Below the pieces are notes generated by a model, which saw only the letters and a list, made by a program, of their open reading frames with translations, was not told where the DNA came from and ran no database searches. From Pavona decussata (taxonomy: Eukaryota): a stretch of 64,000 nucleotides of DNA. A program made the position numbers and the translations under genes. Shown piece after piece: positions 1 to 14,089 of the stretch; the stretch's first letter is position 1, and every line of letters begins with the position of its first letter. The stretch is taken from positions 2,356,001-2,420,000 of the forward strand of contig CDRNST010000064.1 of the NCBI GenBank assembly GCA_977016875.1. The letters are read 5' to 3'.

Positions 1-119
1 ATCGATGGCAGAACCAGTGGGAGGAATATTGAAAAGGGCGCCTATTCCCAGTCCCCGTCGGCATCGGCTCCCTGTCTCGCTCCAGTCCCCTCGAGCCTGA
101 TCACTGACATCCACGACTA

Positions 120-279
120 CAGTCAACTCCTTTTATTGCGGCAACTCTCGGGACAGCGAGTTAGTGTCCTTGATAGCGGGAATATATTTCAGTCAAACGT
201 CTGTAATTTATTTTTGCCGGGCATTTAGTTGCTGTCCGTATTATCGGTGTGTCAGTAATAGCGAGACGGGAATTGACTG
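120..279. mobile_element. Short MITE, Tc1/mariner-pogo type
   Basis: Termini TA|CAGTCAACTCC ... GGAATTGACTG|CA; same terminal motif as the 7270-7841 element. Confidence 0.6.
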
Positions 280-1290
280 CATCGACCTGAAGTATCCCGA
301 CAAAAAATGATCGATAGTTCGTCAAACACATCTTGCACAAAGGCGAGATCATGGTCCTATTCCTTACTGAATCATTTTTATTATTAAACTTTCAATTGTG
401 TACAAAATTTGAAAGCCGTTTTGACCTAGTCGTATTCAGTAAAAATTTCCATACACAAGTGCTTATTACAAGTCTTACGAAACCCCGACCCTTTGTTATT
501 CAAAACCGAAAACGGTACCTGGTTAACCTCACGTTTGGTGTGTTGTACTGTACAGAAATGAAAGACCCAGATCACAAACAAGAAAACTCGTCAGAGGTGG
601 GGTCGGGAAAACTTCCCTATATACCTTTCCACCTTAAAGGTGTGCTCTGAAAACAAAGCTAGCGTTTCAAGCTCTCGAGCTTTTTTCCTGGTAGAATTCC
701 AAACACACCCTTTTCCAGGTACCTTCTTTTCTCATTGGTGTTACACCGAACCCTAAAACTGTTTTCCCAGCGGTAACAAGTAAGGATTTCTTTTTAACGT
801 CTTAGGTCGGCGCTGGTATAACCTGGGCTCCCTGTGGATAGCACTTAATCACTTCTTAACATTATGTTTTATCGTGTTCACAACTAGCGCGGCCTAATCT
901 CGTACCCAGATCACACAATCCCACATTTTGACATTCCCGAACAGACTGAGATCTGGGTACGAGGTTAAGCACGGCTGACAAAACAACGAAAAGACCTTAT
1001 TCGTTGTATTCCCATTGAAGTTATTCAGGAAAACCCATTTTCTTAAATTCCGAATTTCAATGCAATAACAACATTTATCATCAAACGCTAAGAAAAATTT
1101 AATGTCTTGTTTGAGGGGTGATCATGTGATTTATAATGCGACAATATTGAAGCCAACGCTACGTTAATCGATAAGTGAACCCTTATTTACGATTAATAAA
1201 TAAATGATTTTTCGCAATTAATTCCAAATCCAATACCGATTTTATTACTCATATTTTTCTAAATAGAATTATTCAAACCGCTTAATTTAA

Positions 1291-1668
1291 AGGGGAAGTA
1301 TCACGCGAATTTGATGTCATTTCAAAATCCAAAAATGTTTGTTTGTCAACAGAAACAAAACAATAATTGTCTAGTTTTGTAAGCAATAACCACCCAGTGC
1401 AATAAAACTGTCGATTAGTGCCTCTGGCCAGAGACAGTAGGTCGGAATGGATTGAGACTTGAAAAATGTCAGGCTAACGTTTTTCAAGTTTTTGCATTTT
1501 TGTTTCCAAAATGCGCTAGAACAGGTCACGAGTTGTTCCTTTCAAGAATTGAATTGATTTCTTTTGTCTCATTGTTCTAGAATTATTTTGTAGCTATGTG
1601 AAGGTCTTACTTCACCATTTTTAACAAAAGAGATAAAAAAAAAAAAAAAAAACAGTGACACTTTCTCT
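1291..1668. mobile_element. Non-autonomous TTAA-target DNA transposon (Kolobok-like MITE)
   Basis: TTAA|AGGGGAAGTATCAC ... GTGACACTTTCTCT|TTAA: imperfect TIRs with a TTAA TSD. Confidence 0.7.
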
Positions 1669-2958
1669 TTAACTCATGAAATATCCAAAACTCGGAATAG
1701 GGACTATCAAAACAAAGAACGGACCGTTTCAAGCAAGTAATTTTTTCTGTCCTCTAATTGTCTTTCTTTCTTTCTCTCTCTTTTCTTTCCCTCCTTCCCT
1801 CCTTCCCTCCTTCCTTCCTCTCATTCTTTTTTGATCCATCTTTTAACTTAGAATTGCTTAGTCCGGCGTATTTTCGGGTGGACTTCATTTGTCGTTCATA
1901 GCGTTATTGAAACATTAATTCTACTAATCTCGTATCCAGATCTTCTCAAACTTTGAGAACGGTAACATCAGAGTCCGAGATTACAACTCTGCATCTTCAA
2001 CAATAATGTCATGACAACAGCTATGGGCAATGACTTCAGAGTATCGTTATCGTATTGATATCGCGATCAAATCCCAATATCGTACTTGTCTCGTCACCGA
2101 TTTTGAAAAAGATAGGGAACCCATCTTCATTTAAAACAGAAATAATAATTAAGAAATAATGATAATAATTTAATAATCACGGCTACAATACCAGCGGTTT
2201 GGTCGCCAAGCGACCATTTACTGACCGCTGACAAAATTTACCCTTAAATATACTTAGTTCCGTTTAGTGAAGCTGTAGCTCTGTGTAAACAGAACTCTCA
2301 CTTAGTATTGTACTATAAGCACTATTATGATTATATTAATATGAAAATACTTTCGCAGGCCATATGAATTCCTTTATTATCCTGATATGAGCCATGCTCG
2401 TCGCCGGGATCCTCGCAAATTTCAAATTGGGAGCAGCAAGACCCTGGCACTCGCTGAAAAATGACGCACTTGATTTTTGTTTTCGCCATGCGTTTGATAA
2501 AGTTCCATATCTGATCCAAAAAAACTCTAGCGAAGCCAGACAAAAATCAAGTATGTCACGTATGCGCCACAAAATGCTCTACGATTGTCACGTGTCTTCG
2601 CCGCCCGCCACTTTGAATTTCACTCTATTCCACAAAATTGCTGCAATTACTGATGATTAATAAACCTTACGCAAAAATGGCTAACATTTTACTATTCTTT
2701 TGTCTGCATTCAAATTAGCCCTACTATCGAAGGCCCGCATATCACTGGAGAGGCAGTGGGAGCGTGCAAATTGCAAAGACTGCACCATTAAGCGACACAT
2801 TTCATGTGTTGTTTCATGGCGCAACAGCTTATTGTTGGTAATGGTGATTTTTGAACCCCTTCCCGTAACGGTTTCATACGTGAAAATAAAGCATCTTCGA
2901 GCCTCCAGTTCACTACACTAGGTAGAAAACGGATAATGATTGCATCATCACCATCTTG

Positions 2959-5900
2959 CTAAGTGATTGAGATCTTCGGGGAGGCCGCCTCCTGAAGGAT
3001 GAAAACGAAAACGCTTCATTTATAAGCTACATTACAAGTTTTGGTGTACATGGACTCAACAGTTATATCCACCTTGTAAATTTAATAAGCAGATACTCTA
3101 AAAAGTTTTCTACTATTAAAGCAGCTTTTATTCGAATGGTCACACATCAAGGATCCTAACGTGGTATAAATTCCACGGATTAAGAAGTTAGATTCATCTT
3201 GAACGGCGAAATGAACAGTAGCATCTTGTATAGCATAATAAACAGGGGGGAGGGGGGGTTGAATAACATGTATTACAACTGCAATGCCACAAATAAATTA
3301 AACCCAAGTGATAAGATCGTCACTAGGGGGCCGGGGGGGGGGGGGGGGAGGTAGTCAACGAAGTTTTATGCTGGGAGGCTCCGCCCCGAGGTCCAAACCC
3401 TTACCTCTTCATACACCATTTTTGACAAGAAAGGTAACCCTTTCATATATCTTATAATTACATAGAAAATGGTTCCCATTTCTCATAATTACATTTGACA
3501 CTCTGACCTCTTTTCGGTGGTTCTATTCAAGATATCTTGGGATACCCTTAAATACACAAACAACAGGCTTCCCTACCCTTTTCTTCATTTCACCAATTCG
3601 TGAAATCTCCGGCCTAAAAAGGGTGGCCCTTTCGGGTGGACACCCCCCTCCGGTATAGTCCATAATATCCCCTTCCCACTATCCTGTTCTTGAATTTCGC
3701 TGCAGGCGACTGCCTGATATTCGACAAATTAATTAGTATTCCCCTAATCTTACCGCATACGAAGATCTGTCTGTCTTGGAGCCACCGTTGATCTGAATGT
3801 GAACAAAGAGGGTGGCGTATCCCAGTGGTTCACCTTTGTTACCTAACAAATGGATGTGCCTATAGCCTGAAAAGAGAACGAGAATGCAATTAATTGTACG
3901 AACGTGCAATTATTCTTACTGAATGTAATTCTTAAATGCTAGTCAAAGGCGTGTTCAATTGTAGATGGCGATCGCAAGCACTCGGTGTAATCGGTTACTT
4001 GGGAAAGGAACATTAAAAAATGACAGAAAATATCTCCATTTTCAGAGGCATAAAGCAAAAAATACTACCTGGCCTTAAACTGGTGAAAGGAATTGAGGAC
4101 TGTCCTATGAAATCATCCACGAGACCGACATCTTCATCAAAAACTGCAAATCTAATCATGACAAGCTCTGGCATGAGGAGAACTTTTTCAAAATTCTCTT
4201 CCCACACTGGGTTAAAACCTGCAAAAGAAAACGAAATTAGAGTCGGTAAAGTAGCGAAATATCAACATTTAATAGGTTGGTAATAACACTTTGTGCTTAA
4301 TTTGATGGGTCATTTCCGAGCCGTTTGCTTTGAACCTCGTTATGAAAGCGAGGCTTCCTGCATAGTTTTTATTATGAAAATTCATTCGCAAACAAAGCTA
4401 ATTTTATGAAAGGTGTTCGTCATCGTGGTTTGAAATGAGAGCTGAGTTTTATCGTTTGTCTCACGAGTGAGTCACATAGATGTGGACCGCTATACTGCTG
4501 GTCTTCATCAGGCGATGGTGTCGACTGATTGCGTGACAGTATAAGTAGCACCTTAGTTTGTGTTGATTGCTGGTGCGTTTCGATCCTCTCTTAGGCTGTT
4601 GTTGGAGGATTTCAATCCTTGTCGTTCAGACTAGAAATTGTTCCCTCGGCTATTCGCCTTGGTACCGATCGGCTGCTGTGTTGTTTGATCGTCGGCATCT
4701 ATGTGACTCAATCGTGAGACAAACGATAAGACTCAGCCATGAAAACTAATTTTCACATGAAAAACTTTGCACTTAGCCTCGCTTTCGTAATGACGTTCAA
4801 AGAAACTTGGAAATGGCTTATTGTCTTTCGTACACCCTTAAAAATGCCCTATTCTCCAAGGCTATTTTGAGATATGCAAACAAGTGTTGGACCAACCTCG
4901 GTTCGCCAGGTTTCTTACCATTGTCTTTCACAACTTTTGTTTTAAAAGAAGCGGTGTCTGCCGGGATACCATGAAAATCAACTTTAACATAAGGATCAAT
5001 AACCTGACAAGAAAACATACAAACAAGTCAATAATTCCTCCGAGATACCTTAGCCTAATTTTGAATTTTTACAAAGTTGGCGGAACCGTATTTTGAGAGG
5101 CGCTATTTTCGCGATTTTAGACTGAAAATATGGAGTAGAAAATTTCACATTTTCCAGTCGACCATCTGACTGTTTTCTTGTCTTTTCTGCATTGCGAAAC
5201 TCACGAGAATAACTAAGGTTGTACTGTAAATTGGTTGGACAAGCAACTCAACTTATTTGAAGTAAGCGTATGTTGGTACTCATGCCATTTATTGGGATTT
5301 GCATTTGAGCGTTGTTACACTAAAACCAAAGTAATTACTCTGACCAATCGAAACAGACGAAAACGACGTGAAGAACCAATCAGAATTCGCAGCAAATATA
5401 TATGCCACTGGCGCCAAACGTGGGAAAAACGCGTGCGAGCAAGTTACAGTTGGTTAAGGTTTATTTCTCATTGGCTGAAAAAGGGCTGAAATTATGGTAA
5501 ACAGGGCGCGGTAAGGCAAGACCAAAACAAACGCGAAATTACTTTCGTCACACTCAACTGAAAACAGCTATCTTGTCTAAGGGCACAACAAAGCACCATA
5601 CAGAGACCAGCCTTGACCAAGCGAGGTTTTCGGTCTCCCTACTAAGTGTGAAAGCTAACGCGCTGATCACTCCACAACCACGCTTCCACGTGGTCATAAA
5701 GAACACAACATTTGCATTTTGTTGTTCTTACGTACCTCGCCCTTTGTCCGAGCCTCGCCTTTGGTGTCTGCAGGTTTTGGAAGCTGCTGAGCAGAAAATA
5801 CCTGAAAAAACCACAAAGGAAACAGTTTAAGTTCACCTTCAGCGCCGACAAACCTCTCACTTCAGCAAGAGCAGATATTTTGCTCCTGCCTTTAGCTAAT

Positions 5901-7012
5901 TAATTAGATCAACAAAATGAAACAGGCAGGTATTGGACCTCGTCACCTTATTTATGAAGGCTAGAGATTATTTCTCTTGGTGGGTTTAAGAGTGCACGAT
6001 TTATATTGGGGAAAGGGAGGGCGGGGACAAAAGAGAGATCACAAAAAAATAGCCTCTTGTTCCTCCAGGTTGGAGATTTGGGGAGGGAAGGCTGGGTTGA
6101 GTATCTGTCACCTAAGTTATCGAAGTTATTTCAAGGTTGCTGGTCAAGAGGAACGCGGACTCTCAGTGTGACAACTCACCGATTTTAGCCTCAATGTCGT
6201 GACCTGCGAGTTGGCCGCGCGTGAATGTCGCGAATGGCAGAAGAAAATAAAAAAGTTGTTACCTTTATGGATACCGTCACTTTCTCCACTCCAGAAATTT
6301 CTGTCTTTGTGTTAGGGTTAAACTTTGCGTCAGCTACAAACAAGAACAGTAAATTGAGTTTCGCATGGCACACAGTAGCACTATTAGAGTAAAACTAAGA
6401 ATTTCAAAAGGTTTAGAAAAGTGCTCTCCAATACCGCCTTTTATCAATCATATGTATCCGTCATCCTCGCCCCGCTATTTAACACTAGTGAAGTAGCGTT
6501 TCTTTCCTAATGCATTTCGGTTTTGGATTTACTAGAAGGCGACATTGCCAGCCTGGTTTCTAGGCGCTGTTTCTTGTCTTGTAGTCTGCGCGAATTCTCG
6601 AACGAGCGCCTTGTTGACCGAGTGAAGGCTGGGACAAGAGCAGGCGAGTGACGTCACCAAGCGAAGGTAGAATTCAGACCCAAACGAGCGTGAAACGCTC
6701 ACAGACAAGTCTGCCTCATTATTTCACTGCATTCCGGCAGCGTTCGCTCAAAATTAATATAGCATATTCCACTCAGTTCTATCGGGTTTCCATCCCTAAA
6801 AAGTTCTATTTATCGAATCCCTATCCATTTTAACCCGCCACATCCCGTATCCCGGAAATTCTATTTTTATGCCATTGCTCCATAACGTAACACGCTGAAC
6901 TTACCATCTCTGAGAATTTTGGGCTTCAAGATGTACCCTGCTCGTCCATTCGTCCTGAACTTTCCTTGGTTCAGATGCATGGGCTCTGAATCCGTTTGGT
7001 AGTTAAGAGCAA
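2959..7012 (-). CDS. PLCD: Phosphoinositide phospholipase C, delta-like; 3' part only (end of Y domain, C2 domain, stop)
   Basis: Seven GT-AG exons with consistent phases: 6905-7012 ([30 protein letters not shown]), 6263-6333, 5736-5801 ([10 protein letters not shown]), 4919-5003 ([25 protein letters not shown]), 4069-4218 ([27 protein letters not shown]), 3754-3866 ([15 protein letters not shown]), 2959-2991 ([10 protein letters not shown]). A very short tail after C2 fits the delta class; the subtype is inferred. Confidence 0.9.
4441..4738. mobile_element. MITE with ~42-bp TIRs, nested in another palindromic element (~4310-4818) in a PLC intron
   Basis: GCTGAGTTTTATCGTTTGTCTCACGAGTGAGTCACATAGATG and its near reverse complement at 4696-4738. 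The outer arms (CGTTATGAAAGCGAGGCT / AGCCTCGCTTTCGTAATG) are also inverted. Confidence 0.65.
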
Positions 7013-7269
7013 CTGTTAGGAATATCAAAAGAAAAAAAAAAAAAAAAAACGGAGCAGCTTTCCTCTGTAGTATCTAGAAGACACTAAAACCAGATCTGGA
7101 CAGATCTTACTGAATGCAAATAATATACGGCGGATTAAAAGACTCCTCTTCGATTTACTGATAGGTAAGTGTTTCCTGTTCATCTTCGCATTCCCGTCAC
7201 AAAATTACGCATATCGCAGAATATCTGTTGACTACGGACGATGAATATTCAGTGCACCATAACCAAATA

Positions 7270-7841
7270 CAGTCAGCTCTCGCCTTGCAGACACCCCGCT
7301 ATTACGGACAAAATTCAGATCCCCGGCGAAAGCTATAGGGGTTTGACTGAAACTGACTCCCGCTATTACGGAATTACGGACACTTTTGTGGTACAAACAT
7401 AACAAATTTTATTGTTTTAACTCTCGATAAAGCGGACACGGTGAACTTCGCATGTAACATAAATTGCAGTCTGATGTTCGTCATTTGTCAAAACACACTT
7501 CGAAAGATTTCTGGAATGTTTATTTTCGCACCAATCTCTTTAGTGGCTGTACAACAGACTCTGCGTTTCCACTTCAGCTTATGCCTTTTCCTTCCAGACT
7601 CTTTAGGAGAGACCAAGCCCTCATCCTCCATTCCCAATGACTGCTTAGAAGATTCGCTGCTGTTGATAAGCTTGTCAAGCCTTATAAGATAATTTAGGTC
7701 GCCACGTAACTGATAACTAACTGGAATCTCAAGCCCTAGGCCGGCACCTCTGTTGATCCCCACACCCTGCTATTATGGACTGTCGCTATTTAGGACACTA
7801 AACGACGTCCCGAGGGTGTCCGCTACAACGAGAGTTGACTG
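7270..7841. mobile_element. Tc1/mariner-pogo type MITE
   Basis: TA|CAGTCAGCTCTCG..GACACCC ... GGGTGTC..CGAGAGTTGACTG|TA. Absent from the paralogous site at ~44298. Confidence 0.8.
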
Positions 7842-9249
7842 TACAGGAAAGCAGTAATGCTCCGAGTTTCTTCATGGTACAAAAACTGAATTAAGTCAGC
7901 TCCAGGCGTTTTAGCAGAATAAATGCGAAAATGTCAAAAAATCGTTTTTCTTCAGTTTTCAAAAAAGAATGAGACACAAACAAAACCGACATAACTTGAG
8001 TTTGACCAGAAAGCTTCAATGATGAATTTTTTGCACAGTTGAATCTCAATAACTTGAACCGTGGAAATAACCACACCACTTAAAAGCGACATGAAAAAAT
8101 TCGAATAATCTGTGGTTGAAATCGTTAAAAAGCGCAAAGCAGGAAAATTCCATACAGTTCGAGTTATTGAGGATTCGGGTTACCAATTTTGTACTATAGG
8201 AAGTTTCCGTGAGCGAAAGTTGAATTCTGCGAGAGAGCGAAGCGAATCTCCATTTGTAGCAAAAATGTTTTTTGAAGGTAGTAAGAGAAAACCTTTTTCT
8301 TCTGTTCACTATTTCGCAATTTTGTTAATTTACAGACCGAGGCGCAAGAAAAGTTAATGCAGTCAGCAAATTGTGCGCAGACTAGCGCCCGTACCCTGAA
8401 ATGGCGGACAAGTATTAACATTACTGGTGCTAAGGCAGGGGCACCAAGATCAAACGGCCTACGAGTATCAACATTAGAGTTAAGGCCCGTGCCCGGCCCA
8501 GTGATCCACGTTCTTTGCCGTCTCAGTGCTCCGCTTTTTGCCATTGCAGCAATAAAAAGGTCTGTTAATACAAGGGCTCATGTCCCAGCACCATTTCAGG
8601 GCACAGGTACTTCCAATTTATATTTTCTCCCTGCTATGAAATGTGTTGGTATTGTAAGTAATATATCAAACACAAGGAAGAGTGTTTCATACGATTTTCA
8701 AACGAGAAATGCGCCTCGCTTTTTCAGCCAACTATTCGAGGTGTTTAGAAATCGCATCAAACACTCTTTCTTGTGTTTGATGTAACTTCTCAATCCATTA
8801 ATAGTTTATGAAGAAATTCAAAGCAACCGTTCACTAAATTTTAGGATAATTACGATCTCATTTCCAAATCTCCTTCACTGTAGTAATTTCATTTGTTTTG
8901 TCTACATGAATTGTTAATGAGTTGGAAAAGGAGAAATTCTATGTTGATCTCTGTAAATCAAACAGCAGATATAAACAAATTCCTTCAATTGACGAGTTTC
9001 TTTGCTCCCTTCGCTTATGTTCTGATGGACCAATTGGTATTTTAGGAACATTTCACGTTGATCTAAGTAAATCAAATACAGATATCATACTCAAGCATTT
9101 AAACTTCAAATGGTTTAATTAAAATTCTAATATTACATTTTATTCCGATTTCGTTTCTCGGATTCAAGTTTATATTCGTCTCTTGTAATTCACTTGGTAA
9201 AAGTCACTTGGCACAAAACATTCAACCCTGCAATTGCGTTACAAGAGAA

Positions 9250-10230
9250 ATTTAACAGCATAACGATTATAGAGAGAAACAAAATTTTCTGAATTTCTGT
9301 CTTCTGATTATAAAATGTTAAATCAGCTTTAACTTTCAAGTTCATTAATGTCTATGTACAATTGAGGTACCAGATGTACCCCACGTTTGAAATAAGTAAG
9401 GCTGTAATATTTGTTATCTACCTAACTACAAAACTTATACCATGTCTTTGGTTTGTACAGCACGACATAGCATGAAATAATGTCCTCATTAGTTAAACTT
9501 TAGTTGATGAAAACAATAACATTCGGCACGAAAAAATTTCATGCCGTACCTTAATTACAGAAGATTTAACAGAACAAGGATTATAGAAAAAAGACAAAAC
9601 CTTCTCGATTTGTGACTTCTGGTTCTAAAATGTTAAATCAGCTTTAACTTTCAAGTTCATTAACGTCTATGTGCAATTGAGGTACCAAATGTACCCTATT
9701 AGAAATATGTGCGGCTGTACAATTGCTGTCTACCTAACTACAAAACTTACACCATGTCTCTGATATAATGTACTCATTTGTTACACTTAATTAAACCAAT
9801 AAGATTTGGCACGAAAAAATTTCATATCGTACCTTAATTACAGGAGATTTAACATAACAAGGATAAAAGAAAAAAGACAAAACCTTCTCGATTTGTGTCT
9901 TCTGATTTTAAAATGTTAAATCTGCCTTAACGTCTATGTACAATTGACGTACCAAATGCACCCTGTTAGAAATATGTACGGCTGTACAATTGCTATCTAC
10001 CTAACTACAAAACTTATACCATGTCCTTTGGTTTGTACAGCACGACAAAGCATAAAATAATGTTCACGTTGGTTACACTTTACTTAATGAAAGCAATAAC
10101 ATTTGGCAAGAAACAATTTTCCCTGTACTTGAATTACAGGAGATTTGTCAGTATAAGGATCATAGAAAGAAGACAAAACCTTCTCGATTTGTGTCTTCTG
10201 ATTCTAAAATGTTCAAATACAATTCAGCTG
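9250..10230. repeat. Tandem repeat, ~285-310 bp unit, ~3.3 copies
   Basis: Recurring GATTTAACA..CAAGGATTATAGAAAAAAGACAAAACC and CTACCTAACTACAAAACTTATACCATGTC; units start near 9250, 9563, 9846 and 10142. Confidence 0.85.
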
Positions 10231-10824
10231 CTTTGACTTTCACGGTCTTCAACAGCTATTTACATTACTTACACTTAAAAGGTAATTTCTTCAAAAATAC
10301 GATCCATTTGGGAATCATGAGACGAAAGAAACCTCACAGTCACCCCAACAGCAATTCACATTATTACCATGACAACGGACTTTCATTCTCAATTAATACT
10401 TCGGTAGTCTGCAGGTAACAGTGAGCCGATACCAGCTTCACATGCGATACGATATTCATGAGATATTTCCCGATACTTGGCACTTTTTTTATATCGATAC
10501 TGTGACGTCTTTGCTCCAGACTTGTACTATGACTTCATTACCGTCGGTAGAATCCAGGCTTAAACGAGTAGAGAACGCTCAAGTTGCTGTGCTGCCAAGA
10601 GAACAGTAAAATTCTTCCGCAAAAAAAGGTTATGCTTCAGAGTAGTAAGAATTAAAATTCCTTCAATGTCATGTGGACCATAACACCATAACCATGCATT
10701 TGCATTACATGCCACATGTTGGGATCGACAGGAAGAGAAGCTTCTCTGCGGGGAACTTTGATAGATTCTAAATATACAATGACACTTTTCAAGAAAACCG
10801 TAAACTCTTCTACTCCCACAGCAA

Positions 10825-11340
10825 TGCTGTACAATGTGGTTCTACTTTTTGAGTTTGTGGATAAAATCCTCAAGTGTGACCATTCAAATGAAAGCTACTG
10901 AGCAGTACTTTCCTGTGGTGCTGTTTATTATGCTGTACAAGGTGGTTTTAACGTTCGAGTCTGTGGATGAGATCCTCAAGTGTGACCATTCAAATGAAAG
11001 CTACCGAGCAGTACTTTCCTGTGGTGCTGTTTATTATGCTGCACAAGATGGTTTTATTTTTTGAGTCTGTGGATGAGATCCTCAAGTGTGACCATACAAA
11101 TAAAAGCAACTGAGCAGTATTTTCCAGTGGTGCCGTTTATTATTCTGTACAAGGTGGTTCTAACTTTTGAGTCTGTGGATGAGATCCTCAAGTGTGACCA
11201 TTCAAGTGAAACCTACTGAGCAGTACTTTCCTGTGGTGCTGTAGCTGCTCGAGGTGGTTCTATCTTTTGAGTCTGTGGATGAAATTCCTCACATGTGACC
11301 AATCAATCAAAGCTACTAAACACCACTTTCCCGTGGTGGT
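10825..11340. repeat. 106-bp minisatellite, ~5 copies
   Basis: The motif GTGTGACCATTCAAATGAAAGCTACTGAGCAGTACTTTCCTGTGGTGCTG, with small variations, starts at 10874, 10980, 11086 and 11192. Confidence 0.9.
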
Positions 11341-12011
11341 CTTCCTTGTCTTCTGTTTAACAAATTGAATTTGAGGATTTTCGTAAATTTTGAGTTTTAG
11401 ATGCTCTTAGGAGTGAAACTCAGATTCATGCCGAGTTTAATTTTCTGAATATCCACACGATTGTGTCCAACACGTTGATCTCCTTTGCACTTGCCTCACA
11501 TCTAATAGCAAATGTTTAATCAGATTTTATCTCGGACTGCATTTTATACCCAGCCTCCAAATTTTCTAAACTAACTGTTTTCGTCACGGTACACAGAATT
11601 TTCCCCAAATGCTCGAACCTCTTACGTCACTTACTACCCCAAAAATGAAGAATTTGGCTTGGTGTCTGGTTGAAAGGATCATTGAGAACTCTTAATCTGT
11701 CAAGATTTCATTCCACTCCTGGGTCATAAATCAAGCAAGCGATGCCACCAGTGGTAAATACAAAATAACGTATTTTGAGCTAAGAAATGGAGCTGCCTTG
11801 AAACGAAGGCTTATGCAGGGATTCCCTTCAATCAATCTACATCATCGTATCGTATCGTAGCTTTGTTTAACGATAATTCCCTGCATAAGCTCAATTACAA
11901 GCTAGTTCCAGTTTAACAAGTCCAAAATTAAACTACTCAACAAAAGGAGCGCCATTACCTTTGACTAACACAATTAACACAGAGGCAAATTTGAAGACAG
12001 GAGACAGTTAA

Positions 12012-12698
12012 CCCTTTAAGCCCCTATGGAGATCAGTAGCTTTGTCCTCCTTGAAATACCATAAACTGCCGCTTATAAGCCCTGGGCTAATACAACTTCG
12101 TAAGGGGTTTAAGATGGGTTTATAAACGGAGAGGCTTATATCCGAGGGGGCTTATAACCGGATTTAAAACACCGTTTCCAAACGAGCTATAGCAGTGTTG
12201 ATCGAAATACGTGTTTCACTACTGGTTTTTAATTAAGCTTTAAAATGTCAATAATTAGAACAAAATTAAAACGAACAACACGAACGAAACTAGACGGCGG
12301 CTTGTATCCGAGGGGGGGGGGGGGAGGGGGGGACGGCTTATAATCGGATGTAGTTTTTGGTTTACAGGTAGATGGGCCTATGACCGGAAGGGCTTATAAG
12401 CGGAGGAAGGGGGTGCTCATTAGCGGAGAGGGGGAAGTAGGGGCTTCTAAGCGGGGGGAGGGGTGGCTTATAAGCGGAGGGAGGGAGTGAGGGGGGCTTA
12501 TAAGCGGAGGGAGGGAGGGGGGGCTTATAAGCGGCAGTTTATGGTATCGGTAAAACATCAAACACACAGATCACGAGAATATAGCAAATGATCACTGAAA
12601 GATAAACTGATTTTAAGCAATTTCTCCCAACTAATACCACAACAAATATGAAGACGCCAATGAGGAGAATTTGTGGCTTGATATTAGGGCTTAAAAGG
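12012..12698. mobile_element. piggyBac-like MITE containing a nested TA-flanked MITE (12059-12544) with GGGCTTATAAGCGG repeats
   Basis: Outer: TTAA|CCCTTTAAGCCC ... GGGCTTAAAAGG|TTAA. Inner: TA|CCATAAACTGCCGCTTATAAGCCC ... GGGCTTATAAGCGGCAGTTTATGG|TA. Confidence 0.8.
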
Positions 12699-14089
12699 TT
12701 AATGACACTGCTAAGCAAGGTTGATACTCTTCACCACTCAACTTCACTTTAACAAGTGTTTCGTCAAACATTGTCAAAAACTCACATTAGGAATTTAGAA
12801 TTGGTTCGCGTTCAGCAGGCGTGCGGGAAGTTTGGAAAGTAGGAGATAACTTTAAAGGCCTGTTTACACATGCAATTTTTGTTGCACGCAAGTTTCAGTT
12901 TTAAATCGCACGCATAAACTAGCGGCCATTTCAGCGCTCATTTGTCACTGGGATATCGCAGGAGGTTCGAACATGTTTCAAACATGACACAATTTTGTAG
13001 GATTTCTTGAAAAGTACAGCTTTGAAAACACACCAAAAAAAACTTTGGTTTAAATACGATTTGAAGTCGTAGCCTTCCGCAAGAAAAATTCTAGTGAGGT
13101 GCGACAAAAATCGCGAGTGCAGAAGTGCCTTTAAAGTTCGCCAAGAGCAACTCTGATTTCTCGAGTGCACTTAAAACTTTCAGAGTGTATCCATAACTCG
13201 ATAGACGCACAGCTAAAAGAATGAAACAGACGCGGTTTGGCACGGAGGCAAGTGGTGGAACGGAAAAAACGTAGTGTGGTTACTCACACCAATCCGTTTA
13301 TAACAAAACTAACAGAAAACGGTATAAAAACAAACAAGAGTGAGCGAAGAAAATCGAAAACCGTCGCAGCTTCCCTAAGTTTATTAGTTACCAGCGTTCT
13401 GAACTTCCTTTTCTAAATAATATTTTTTCTTTCATGCAAGAAACCGTATTTTTGCGCCGTTTTGAAAATCACTTCAACTGATTTTAGAGTTAAGTTCAAA
13501 AGCAAAGTTCAACGCATTGAATCGCTACCGTCCAAGGAACTTTTGTGTCTATAATTAACATACTAATGAAAGAAAAAAAAAGCCGGCTTTTGGAAATGGT
13601 ATAAAAGAAAAAGGTTTTCATTGTCCAATAATACGAAAAGTTACCTAGCCGTTACCTAGCTTCTATTATTTTTATATCAAAGTTACAAACTTGTTTACCT
13701 TAGAGAATCCGATAGATCTGCAGTTTGTTTAGTTCTTGCTGAGCTCCTTACTAGCATAGCCTCACAGTGGGCTTTGAATTATTCCCGTCGCTATTGTTGT
13801 TTCGTTTTCTTATAAAGAGCGACTTGATTTCACTCCAATCCAAAGATTTAACTTCTGTGTCGACTAAATTTACGTCCTCTGGACTCGCTTTCCATCTTTC
13901 CGGTTCCTCAAGAAAGTTTTCTTCTTCATTAGCGACCGAGAACAAATTTTCTTAGCTGAATGTAACTTGCACGTGTTATCATGATTGTATGGATGCAGCG
14001 CATGCGTCAATCGAGTTATGGATACACGCCTTCGTTAATGAATTTAATTGGGTGAATTTACTTTCACTTTGCTCACGGAGTGGTAGGTT

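Noticed and set aside
10716-11064. ORFs such as MKATEQYFPVVLFIMLYKVVLTFESVDEILKCDHSNESY
   Set aside because: Translations of the 106-bp minisatellite; the unit length is not a multiple of 3.
13751-13945. Acidic 64-aa ORF downstream of NLR-A
   Set aside because: The paralogous region in B has a frameshifting indel (~50475-50485) and there is no recognisable domain; probably UTR or intergenic.
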